DNA of 64,000 bases from the human T2T-CHM13v2.0 reference genome, Homo sapiens, in NCBI RefSeq assembly GCF_009914755.1, contig NC_060930.1. One strand, given 5' to 3'. The notes under the pieces were generated by a model that saw nothing but the letters and a program-made list of their open reading frames with translations, ran no database searches and was not told the DNA's origin. Numbering within the stretch: position 1 is the first letter of the stretch; the number at the start of each line of letters is the position of its first letter. This document shows, piece after piece, positions 32,305-44,150 of this stretch. Made by a program: the position numbers and the translations under genes.

Positions 32305-34650
32305 AGAAATCAGCAAGCCAATTCTAAAATTTATATGGAAATGCAAGGACGTAGAATAGCCAAAATAATCTTGAAAATGAACAAAGTAGGACTCACTTAC
32401 CTTTGAAAGTTACTCTAAAGCTGTTGTAATCAAGACTGTGTTATTGGCAAAAGGACAGACATATAGATCAGTGGGGTCCAGTTGGATCTGATCCAGTCAG
32501 ATCCAGTTCCAAATATAGAACTACACATATGTGGTCAAATTTGATGAGGATGCTGAAGTGATTTATTGGGAAAAAGAAAGTGTCTTCAACATATGGTGTT
32601 CAGAAAGGTGGTTTTCCACATGCAGAATAAAAAAGAACTTTGATTCCTACCTTACACCACAGACAAAAATTAACTTGAGATGAATCAGGACCTAAACTTA
32701 AAAGCTAAAAAATTACAATTTCTAAAGGACAACATAAAAATATCTTTGCAATTTATCTTAGGACACAGAGGGCACTACCATTAAAAAGTTGATAAATTGT
32801 ACTTCATCAAAAATAAAAACACCTGCTCATCAGAAGATAACATCAAGTAGATAAGCCTTTGTTACAATTACATTTGACAAAAGGCTTGTGTCCAGAATAT
32901 ACAAAGAATTATTCAATTATGGAATAATTAAAAGAAGGCAATCAACATTTTTAAATGGGCAAAAGATTTGAACAGACATTTCATAAAATAAGGAATATCA
33001 CTGGTCAAAAAGCACATGAAAAAGTGCTCATGATCATTAGTCATCAGGGAAATGCAAAGTGAGATACCACTGGCTACCCACCAGAATGGCTAAAATTAGC
33101 AATATTGATCATAACAAATGTTGGGAGGAATGTGGAACTGTCAGTGATTGCTCGTGGGGGTATAAAATAGTACAACTACTCTGGAAAATGTTTGGCAGCA
33201 ATTCCACTTCTATGTATTTATCCCAGATAAATGAAAATATATACCTACAAAAGTCATATGTAAGAATGTTCATGGCCACTTGATTGAGAATAGCCAAAAA
33301 CTGTAAAAGCCCAGTGTGTATGGTAGGAAAAAACCAATTTTCTCCTACTGTACTCTCAACACAGAGAGTATAGCGACCAGATGTGTGGATTTTTCTCACA
33401 CTGACCAATTCTCTGATGCTAGCCGGATAGCCTATATTCAATTCACTTCTGACACTAACTAGAGCTCGTGCAGATCTCTCATGGATTAAGAGCTCAGTCT
33501 CACAAGACTGTGCCCTACTTCATATACCAATTGCAAGCAGTAGGTTCCCAGGTCACCACAACTTCTGACCGGTTTGGCCACAAGTGGGAGGTTACCACAA
33601 CCCCCTTCTCAGGTTCAGTAATGTGCTGGAGCGCTCATAGAACTCAGGGAAACACTTATATTTATCAGTTTATTATAAAGGATGTTTTAAGGGATACAGG
33701 TGAATAGCCAAAGAAGTACTCTGGGTAAGATATGTAGGAAGCAGCATGGACCTTCCATGCCCTCTCTGGGTGTTCCACCCTCCTGTCATCTCCATGTCTT
33801 CAGCATCCCAGATGCTTTCTAAACTCTGTAGTTTAGGGATTTTTATGGAGGCTTCATCATATAGGCTGAGCATTTATTAACTCATTTTTCAGCCCCCTCC
33901 TTTTCCTGGAGGCTGGCATAGTGTGGCTGAAAGTTCCAGGCTTCTAATTATGGCTTGGTCTTTCTGGTGACCAGCCCCCATCTAGGAGCCCACCAAGAGT
34001 CACCTCATTAGAACATAAGACATTCTTATCAATGCCCAGGAAGTTCCAAGGGATTAGCAACTCTGTTAGAAACTGGGGCCACAGACCAAATATTAGAACA
34101 AAAGATGCACCTAGCATCCCTCTTGCTCAGGAAATTACAAGAGTTTTGAGAACTCTCTGCGAGGAACCAGGGTCAGGGATCAAATACACATTTCTTATTG
34201 TATCACAATATCACATCCAGGTGCCCATCAGCAAGAGCCTAGACAAGCAATCTGGTATATCCATACAGTAGAACACTGCTCGGCAATAAAAAAGAACAAA
34301 TTGCTGATACATGTAATGGCAAGGATAAATCTCAGAAGCATTAAAGGACATGAAAGAAGCCAGACACAAAATACTTTATACTGTATGATTCCATTGATAT
34401 AAAGTTATAGAATAGTTAAAATTAATCTGTGGTAACAAAAATCGGATCAGTAGTTGCTTCTGGTTGTGGAGGGAGGGGAATGTTGACTGAGAAGAAGCAA
34501 GAGGGAATTCTACAGGTTGATAGAAATGTTCTATCTTCTGGTAGGGGTGTGGGTTATATAGGTATAGTCACTTACCCAAACTGATCAAACTATAGACTTA
34601 AGATATCTGCATTTCACTATATTTAAATTATAACCTCAAATTAAAAAATC
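32305..34650 (+). mobile_element. Old L1 (L1ME/L1MD-like) ORF2-3'UTR, split by a MER21 LTR
   Basis: attctaaaatttatatggaaatgcaagg..., aaatgggcaaaagatttgaacagacattt, resumes after 34215. Confidence 0.8.
33315..34215 (-). mobile_element. MER21-family LTR
   Basis: Ends tatcacaatatcaca (reverse complement TGTGATATTGTGATA). TSD cccag/tccag. Confidence 0.85.
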
Positions 34651-36608
34651 TCACACAAAAAATAGCAAGGTATTTTCCTATCTCTTATTCTGACTCTCTT
34701 TCTTATTCTCTTAAAGTATTGGACAGCCCAGTCCCACTATACTGAGGCAACTTTTGAAAGAAAATAAAATTTATTACTTTTATTATCTTTTAATGTATCC
34801 ACTATACTCTATATAGGGCATCATTTAAACTCTTTTTCAGTCTTTGTTGTTGTTGTTGCAGTGAAGAAGAAAAGCTATCCAGAAGAACAAAATAGCACAG
34901 CCGTGTAAACTTGCAATGATTTGGCAAGTTTTTGAAGTTATTTAATCCTGATAAGTTAAAATCCCTTGAAGCATATTTATACATTCATCTTTCCAAACAG
35001 CTACCGCTTATTTGCTCTTTCATTCAAGTGAAGGTTATTGAGCACCTCCTATGAGTAGATGTTTTATCAGATACTGAGTAGGCATGCTACGATGAGTACG
35101 CAACCAAGTCCCTGCCCTTAACAGCATTCCTAGTTTAGAAGTGATAAATACAAAAATAAATTCCATTGCAACAAGAAAGGTACAGCACTGTACAAACTGC
35201 TGCCGGGCGTTCTTTTGAGGAAGCAACGTCTTCTGCCTTGGGTGCTTGGGAAGATTCCACAGAGGAAGTGACATTTGAGCCAGTTTGTATGAATAGTTAG
35301 AGTTGTGGATAGGAGTTGGAAGAAGGGGGACATTTTAAGAAGATGACTAGAAATGTAATTGAATAGTTTAGTGAGTCTTTTATCCTCCTTAAACCTTTAG
35401 GTAAAGGTTCTGTTAGTATCTACTGAAATAGAAGTCTTTTGCAGTAGCATAGTCAGTGTTTAAACTAGGACACCAAATATTTTCCATTTTTTCCCTCACC
35501 AATAGCAGCTAATATTTATTGAGAACAAAGGATGTGACAGGTACTCTGCTTAATGTTTTAATTTAATTTAATATAATCTCCATAGCAATTTAATGCATTA
35601 ATATTACTGTCCCTATAGATTAGGATAATTGAGGATTGAAGTAATATCCTTTATAAATGGACAAGCTGGGGATTCTTTCCCAGGTTTCTCTGCTTCCAAA
35701 GCCTGGGATCTTTAAAAAGCCTACTCTGTGTGTGTTGCTCTTAGTATGAGCCCAGAGAAAGCAAGCCAAGGGCAACTCTGAAGTGTCTTGTGGTCACTTA
35801 AAAGAGGGGGGATTTACCTGTTTTCCAAAATATGACCTGCCCACCTTTTGTATTTAAGTTTCAGTTCATTGCCAATATGTATAATTATTTATAAACTCAA
35901 AATAATCTGTTTTATTTTTATTTCTATCTACATGATACTTTAATTTCATGTATGAAAAACTGCCAAGTAATCATTCTCTAAGCTTTCTACAGTATCCATT
36001 TTATAAGTTAAAGAATCATAGCAGTAAAAACTTTATAGCCATTTCACTCTAATTATTAGAGTGAGAACCTCGAAGATTTTGCCCTTTGAAAATGACTTGT
36101 TATTTGGGCAATCTGGCTTCTCACTATTTAACAAGTGTTGCTTAAAGTATCATGTAGGAACATTTGATGTGCTCCACAGCCACTCACAGCTTCTGATAAT
36201 TCTATTTGTGACAGCCTTGAGAGATCACCCGGTGGTAGTTTAAGATTGTGCTCCAATATAAAAGTGGCAAGGTTTGTCTTTTAAACAAACATGTATTTTT
36301 TTCAGAGTAGAAGATAAATTTTTGACTAAATCAGTCATTTGCCATACTCTAAAATTCGTTTTAGAAACTTGGTTTTAGGTTTGTAGTTTTTGCCCAAATG
36401 ACCACTTAACATGGGACACCCACCCTAACCCCTACCTCTTTCCCAGGAAAGTTAGATTTTTGTCCAAGATTCCACCAGTATTGAATATTTGCTCTTGCCA
36501 GATATCTTGTCAAAGGTACATTGTCTGCTTTTGGTTGACCAACGGGGTATGGGTTGTTATGCCAGATGAGTGTCACCTAGTAGTGGAATTAGAAAATCAT
36601 CAACCAAG

Positions 36609-36790
36609 GGCCCGGCATAGTGGCTCACATCTGCAATCCCAGGGCTTTAGGAAGCCAAGGTGGGAGGATTGCTTGAGCCCAGGAGTTTGATACCAGCCTG
36701 GGCAACATTGCAAGACCTTGTCTGGTGACACACACCTGTAGTCCTAGTCACCCAGGAGGCTGAGGTGGGAAGATCACTTGAGCCCAGGAG
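36609..36790 (+). mobile_element. AluJ, linker deleted and 3'-truncated
   Basis: ggattgcttgagcccaggagttt J-type arms. Stops at gcccaggagtt. Confidence 0.85.
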
Positions 36791-37002
36791 TTCTATGAGC
36801 TGCTCTAGCACATTACTGAACCTGAGAAGGGGGTTGTGGTAACCTCCCACTTGTGGCCAAACTGGTCAGAAGTTGTGGTGACCTGGGAACCTACTGCTTG
36901 CAATTGGTATATGAAGTAGGGCACAGTCTGGTGTGACTGAGCTCTTAATCCATGAGAGATCTGCACGAGCTCTAGTTAGTGTCAGAAGTGAATTGAATAT
37001 AG
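36788..37002 (+). repeat. Inverted near-identical copy of 33432-33645 (MER21 segment)
   Basis: Reverse complement matches with 4 substitutions and 1 indel, by manual alignment. Confidence 0.93.
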
Positions 37003-37523
37003 CCCACATTCTTTCCATAATACCACACTTCCTTAGTAATAAGAAATAACAAGATATTTAAAAATAATAACTTCCATTTAAATCTTTTTAGGACATAACT
37101 TCTCTCTTTCAGACTCCGTTTTAAATGACACTTCATTTTGTGGTCCAAAATCAGAAGTAATCTCTTCTTCCTACATATTTCAATAGCATTTTACCTATAC
37201 TTATACCTAGACCTCTCTAGAAGATTTATCTTCATAACATATTTGATTTTTATAGCACTTTACTTCTTTTATGACACATTATCATGCTATTTTCTATTAA
37301 TCACGCATTCACATAGGTGATTAGTTCCTCCAGGACCATAAACTCCTTGAGGTAAGATCTGTCTATTGGATCTTTGCACCCACCTCAGTACCAGCATGCA
37401 TGAAGAAAAAAATGTGAAGTACTCCTTGGTCTACTATAGCATTAGGAAGGCTATCAACCCATTATTCTGCTCCATTAAATGTTTTCCAATGCCTGATGGT
37501 TAGTGACTTTTTAAATTTAGTTT

Positions 37524-37671
37524 TTAATTTTTTTTAGAGTCAGAATATTGCTCTGTTGCCCTGACTGCAATGCCACGATCATAGCTCACTGCCTCAGGCT
37601 CCTGAGTAGCTGAGACGACAGGTGCATGCCACCACACACAGCTAATATTTAATTTTTTTGTAGAGATGGGT
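37524..37671 (-). mobile_element. Chimeric AluJ fragment
   Basis: Its own diverged right-arm end is followed by 83 bp shared with the Alu at 38165-38247. Confidence 0.8.
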
Positions 37672-38027
37672 TTTGGAATCAGACTTGTCTGTACATGTCT
37701 ACCATTTAATAACTGTCGTACATCACATTGCTTCATTCTTTGAACTTCAGTTTTCTCAAGTGTAGCATCATAGAGGAGTTGTGATTATCTAAATGATTAA
37801 ATGGGATTACACTTTTAAAAGCTGCTACAAAATGCCTGGCACTTGGTCACTTTTCATTATATGCTGGTTCCTTTTGTTCTCCTGTCTGACCCAATTCAAA
37901 GTCCCTTCTGTCCCATTAGCTTGTTTTATGAACATGGAGGCAAGGATTCTGGGTAGGAGGCAGTTGTAGTACTTCATTCATTAAGCATTTGCTGACTACT
38001 TTGTATAGTGGAAATCTAGAGGAAGGG

Positions 38028-38070
<43 letters not shown>

Positions 38071-38353
38071 TTTGAGACTGGGTCTCACTATGTTGCCCAG
38101 GCTGAAGTACAGTGGCACAATCATGGCTCACGGCAGCCTCAACCCCCCAGCCCAAGTGATAATTCTGCCTCAGGCTCCTGAGTAGCTGAGACGACAGGTG
38201 CATGCCACCACACCCAGCTAATATTTAATTTTTTTGTAGAGATGGGTCTCACTGTGTTGCCCAGGCTGGTCTTGAACTCCTGGGCTCAAGCGATCCTCTT
38301 GTCTAAGCCTCCTGAAGTGCTGGGATTACAGGCATGAGCCACTGCACCTGGCC
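38028..38353 (-). mobile_element. AluJ with (ATT)n tail
   Basis: Full dimer, ctcctgggctcaagcgatcc. Confidence 0.9.
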
Positions 38354-38789
38354 TAGGATTAACTATTTTAATAGGCATTTAGGAAGTAGAATGGGTAGAT
38401 ATGGGAATTCAGGGAGAATTAGGGGAAGGTGGATAGAAAAGAGGCTAAACTGATTTTCTTCTATAATCTTTGGAATCAAACGAAGAAGGGCAAATCGATT
38501 ATTCTTCTCAGGAAAAGATTTTCTTTATCTTTAAACGTATAGGTAAATTAGCTGTCTTCTACCTGATAAATTTGTTTTCTGTAAGTTTTGTACCTTTTTT
38601 AAAAAAAGAAATTATTTGTATCATTAAGGACTTAAATAATATACATGGCATGAATGTACATCTGCCCATGAATGCTGAATTTATTCTAGAAAATATTGCT
38701 TTGCACTCTTTGATTCTAGCTTGTGTTGCTGACCTCACTAGTATAATTATTGGCTGACTTTGTCTCTTTTTCCATTTCCTCCCAATCAG

Positions 38790-38916
38790 TTTGATAAAGG
38801 TTACTCTTAGAACATCCGTCACAGCTTTGGAAAGGAAGGCAAGAGGACAGACTATACACCTTTCAGTTGCCTGAAGATTATTCTATCCAATCCACCAAGC
38901 CAAGGGGATTATCATG
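38790..38916 (+). CDS. PRIM2: DNA primase large subunit (p58C, Fe-S domain) exon, probable exon 11, aa 341-383, with premature stop at codon 347
   Basis: Acceptor ctttttccatttcctcccaatcag|, donor |gtaagt. Translates [41 protein letters not shown](G), which matches PRIM2 except Y347>TAG (38808-38810). Contains Fe-S ligand C367. Length 127 nt. Confidence 0.96.
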
Positions 38917-39756
38917 GTAAGTGCCTCCACTGGATATGTTGGCCAAGTACAGAAATCCAAGAGCTCTGTTGGAAACACTGAAACAATGTTGTGGCTTTTT
39001 GCATTCCTGTCAAGACCTAGTTTGTAGCTTATGTCAGTCGTCACTGTCAAGCTAGAGCTCCATTACTCTTAGAACAATTTGTCTTATTACTGAACTAGGT
39101 CAGGCAAGAGAAATTCATTCAGCTGCACTTCAGTTTGTGCTGGATTAGGCTTTTCAGTTCTCACTTTCTTCCTTCCCGCTGTTCTCTGTCTCCCTCATCT
39201 TCTGCAGTGTTCTGCGAGTGTCTTAGAGGGCGATGTAAGTTTTACAAAGCTTTTTGAAATTAGAATGTTCTAAGTTTGGAATAGTAGATTCATTAATTTT
39301 CCAAAGGCTAACTACTAAGGAAAAGTGTGAGGTTTTTTTCTTATCACCATCATCTGATTAACCAACAAAGATTAAGTGGGCAATTTAACATGTCGTGATA
39401 TCTGCCATAACTATCAGTTTTCCTGAGTTATTTAAAAAGAAAAACAAAACATCTCATTTGTCTGGTACGTCCAAGAATGAATTAATAGTTTATATCAGTA
39501 AATTTTCTGGATTATCAAAGCTTACTACAGTATGTGTCAAAACTTATTTTTGTTTTAGAATCTTCAACACTTTTTAAAAGACTGCACACTTTTGGACTGC
39601 TAAAGATCAAATAATCATAAACAATATTTTTAGAAAGACATTCTATGTGACCAAATCACTAAAAAATGCCCATACATTCATTAGTTAATAGATGAAGAAG
39701 TGGCCAGCACTCGTTATATAGATAGACAGATAAGATAGATCTATATATAGACATAG

Positions 39757-40047
39757 ATTTTTTTTTTTTGAGACAGAGTTTCATTCTTGTTGCCCAGGCT
39801 GGAGTGCAATGGCGTGATCTCGGCTCACTGCAGGTCTCCACCTCCTGGGTTCAAGCAATTCTCCTGCCTCAGCCTCCTGTGTAGCTAGGATTACAGGCAC
39901 CTGCCACCCTGCCCGGCTAATTTTTTGTATTTTTAGTAGAGACGAGGTTTCGCCTAGTTGGCCAGGCTGGCGGGCCTCAGGTGATCTGCTCACCTTGGCC
40001 TCCAAAAGTGCTAGGATTACAGGCCTGAGCCACCACACCCAGCCTGG
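39757..40047 (-). mobile_element. AluSq/Sp-like
   Basis: gagtttcattcttgttgcccagg. Small internal deletion. Confidence 0.9.
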
Positions 40048-40534
40048 TAATAGATATTGAGTGGTTTTTATCACTTATTTCAGAGTCCCTTGAGGTGCTT
40101 TTTTAGAAATGCAGATTCTCAGAGTGCACCCTCAGTCATATAAAATCAGACTTTATTTGCAAGTACACTGGGTGAGTTTTATGTCTTCTAAAGTTTGAAA
40201 ACCATGGGGCCAGGTACTTCTGTTGGGGAAGCCTGAAGCCTTTTTTAGCCTAGCAGCCATACCAGGCAGTCAACTTATGATTAAGCTTGTGGCCAAGTAA
40301 AACTCCCAGGGATTTGTCTGCAAATTTCCAGGTTCTAGCATTTGTCTCTTAATTAGTTGGTTTTCATTAGCTTAAATGCAAAACTTTATTTCTCTTAAGT
40401 TGTATCTTGTTATCCCAGTGCTTTATGTTATTATTTTGTTTCTAAGTTCAACTCTGTCAGTCAAGAAATATTATACTTAGCACTCAATGAACTCATTATT
40501 TGTTGGAAACATTTACTTATTCCATTTTTAAAAA

Positions 40535-41098
40535 GTAATAAACTTAATTTTTTAGAGCTGTTTTAGGTTCACAGCAAAATCGTGTGGGAAGTTCAGAGTT
40601 CCCATGTACCTCCACGCCCCAACACATGCACAACCTCCATTGCTGTCAGTATTCCACACCACACTGGTACATGTGTTACAATTGATGAAACTACATTGAC
40701 AAATTCTTATCATCCAAAGCCCATAGTTTACAAGAGTTCATTGTGTATTTCGCATAACAGTACTTTATCAGATTTGTCTTTTGCAAATGTTTTCTCCCCA
40801 TCTGTGCTTCTGTTCTTTTCTCTCTTTTTTCACCTTTTGGGATTTCATTTACACGTTATACCTTTTATAGTTGTCCCATAGTTCTTAGGTATTGTGTTTT
40901 GTTTTGTTTTGTTTTTGTCTTTTTTCTCTTTGCTTTTTAGTTTCAGAAGTTTCTATTTGTTATATCCACAAGATCCAAGGATTTTCCCCAGTCATGTCCA
41001 GTCTATTGATGAACCCATTGAAGACATTCTTCATTTCTGTTACAGTGTTTTTGATCGCTAGCATTTCTTTTTTGTTCTTAGAATTTTCATGTCTCTGC
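40535..41098 (-). mobile_element. Old L1 (L1MC/L1MD) fragments
   Basis: ttttaggttcacagcaaaat...gttcagagttcccat. Confidence 0.65.
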
Positions 41099-41719
41099 TA
41101 GCTGGTTATTCCAACACATTTATTGAATAGGGAGTCCTTTCTCCATTGCCTATTTTTATTGACTTTGTTGAAGGTCAGATAGTTGTAGGTATGCTGGCTT
41201 ATTTCTGATTCTCTATTCTGTTTCATTAGTCTATGTGTCGGTTTTTGTACCAGTACCATACTGTTTTGGTTACAATAGCCTTATAGTATAGTTTGGAGTT
41301 AGGTAGAGTGATGCCTCTGGCTTTGTTCCTTTTGCTTAGGATTGCTTTGGTCATTTAGGCTCTTTTTTAGTTCCATATGAATTTTAGAATAGTTGTTTTC
41401 TTATTCTGTGAAAAATGACATTGGTAGTTTGATAGAAATAGCATTGAATCTGTACATTACTTAGGGTGGTATGGCCATTTTAATGACATTGATTCTTCCA
41501 ATCCATGAGCATGGAATGTTTTCCTGTTTGTGTTGTCTCTGATTTCTTTCAGCAGCGTTTTGTAGTTCTTCTTGTAGAGATCTTTCACTTCCTTGCTTAG
41601 ATGTATTCCTAAATATTTTATTTATTTAATTTTTGGTGGCTACTCTAAAGAGAATTGTGTTTTTGATTTGGCTCTCAGCTTGAACATTGTTGGTATGTAG
41701 AAATGCTACTGATTTTTAA

Positions 41720-41978
41720 GGCTGGTTGTGGTGGATCATGCCTGTAATCCCAGCACTTTGGGAGGCCAACACGGGTAGATCACTTGAGGTCAGGAGTTCA
41801 AGACCAGCCTGGCCAACATGGTGAAACCTCATTTCTACTAAAATTAAAAAGCAAAACAAAAATTAGCCAGGCGTGGTGGCGTGCACCTGTAATTCCAGCT
41901 ATTCAGGAGGCGGAGGTTGCAGTTGGCTGAGATGGCACCACTGCACCAGGTGACAGAGTGAGACTCTGTCTCAAAAAA
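41720..41978 (+). mobile_element. AluS with right-arm internal deletions
   Basis: TSD agaaatgctactgattttt (41699-41717 / 41979-41997). Confidence 0.9.
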
Positions 41979-42303
41979 AGAAATGCTACTGATTTTTGTA
42001 TATCAATTTTGTATCCTGAAACTTTGCTAAAGTCATTGATTAATTCCAGGAGACTTTTTGGTGCATTCTTTAGGGTTTTCTAGGTATAGAATCATATCAT
42101 CAGCAAAGAAAGATAGTTTGACTTCTTTTCCTATTTGGATGGCTTTTATTTCTTTCTTTTGCCTGATTGCTCTGGGTAAGACTCCCAGTAGTATTTTGAG
42201 TAAGAGTGGTGAGAGTGGGCATCCTTGTCTTGTTCCCATTCTCAAGGGGAATGGTTTGAGCTTTGGCTCATTCAGTATGATGTTGGCTGTGGGTTTCTCT
42301 TAG

Positions 42304-42674
<371 letters not shown>

Positions 42675-44067
42675 AGGATATTGGATTTTATTGAAAGCTT
42701 TTTCTATTGAGATAATATGATTTTTGTTTTTAATTCTGTTTATGTGGTGAATCACTTTTATTGATTTGCATAAGTTGAGTCAGATTTGCATCCCAGAAAT
42801 AAAGCCTATTTGATCATGGTGAATTAGCTTTTTGATGTGCTGCTGGATTCAGTTTGCTAGTATTTTGTTGAGGATTTTGATTCTATGGTCATCAGAGATA
42901 TTGGCCAGAAGTTTTCTTTTTTTCATTGTGTCTTGGCCAGATTTTGGTATTAGGGTGATGCTGGCTTCATAAATTGAGTTAATGGGGGGAGTCCCCCCTC
43001 CTCAGTTTTTTGGAATAGTTTTGGTAGGATTGGTACCAATTCTTCTTTGTACATCTGGTAGAATCTGGCTATGAGTCTACCTGGTCCAGGGCTTTTTCTG
43101 GTTGTTAGGTTTTTTTATTCCAGATTCAATTTCAGACCTTATTATTGGTCTGTTCAGATTTTCACTTTCTTCCTGCTTCAGTCTCAGAAGGTTGTGTGTT
43201 TCGTGGAACTTAGTCATTTCCTCTAGATTTTCTAATTTGTGAAAAATGCACAATTATTAACTTACAAATCTATCATCTGTATGACTGAAAAAAAAGACTT
43301 TTCTATATTAAATTTTTAATAAGCATTTTGACTTACCATTGCAGTTTATTAAAATATCTAAAATTTTCTAGATTTTTGTCCTAAAACAGCTTTTGTATTT
43401 CAAATTCTTCTGTATTCTTATTTATGTGAATATTTCTAGTGGTCTTTCATTTTTTTCATGAAATAATATAGAGATGACACACATCCACCATAAGTTGTTT
43501 TTCTATGAAATAGTTTATTTTTTCATCTCATTTCCATCCATGATTCTTTTACTTTTTCATAGATTCTACGCTTTAGGAAATAGGCATATAATTTACATTT
43601 GAAAATGATGTTGAATTTTTTTCTTTCTCAGAGTTTGCATGTTTTTCATTTTGTTTATCTATCTTCCTTCTCTCATATGCCTTTTATATAATTTTTAGAC
43701 TAGAATATAAGAAGATTGTATAAAGTTTTAAAATAAACTATTATGCAGCTATTTTGTGATTATTTGTGCTTGTTAGCAAGGAGAGTAATTAAAGCTGTTT
43801 TCCCTCTTCTTGTGGAATGGACATCTTAGCCTGAGAATGCTGCAATGTTTTATGTAACTCTTGAGCCTGGAGTGCCCTGATAACCATACAGCTAAGTAAT
43901 CATTTAGATAAAAAGAGGAATGCAGTTGCACCCATGGGCAATTACCTTTTTTTATTAATAAGCCGTTAGACAATTAAGGGGAGCTTAGATGGTCTCTCGA
44001 GTGTGGTATTGTACTAAGTTGTGAGTAAATAACCTTGTTTGTGTGCTGGCTTATTTTTTGTTGTCAG

Positions 44068-44150
44068 GGTGCCCATTCCGTCACAGTGATCCAGAGCTGC
44101 TGAAGCAAAAGTTGCAGTCATACAAGATCTCTCCTGGAGGGATAAGCCAG
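44068..44150 (+). CDS. PRIM2: DNA primase large subunit exon, probable exon 12, aa 383-410
   Basis: Acceptor ttattttttgttgtcag|, donor |gtaggt. Phase-1 start completes G383 from the previous exon. Translates (G)[27 protein letters not shown] with Fe-S ligand C384. Length 83 nt. Confidence 0.96.

Noticed and set aside
38808-38810. TAG as programmed readthrough or recoding
   Set aside because: The context TAG-AAC is not a known readthrough motif, and the orthologous residue is Tyr. A nonsense substitution is the simpler explanation.
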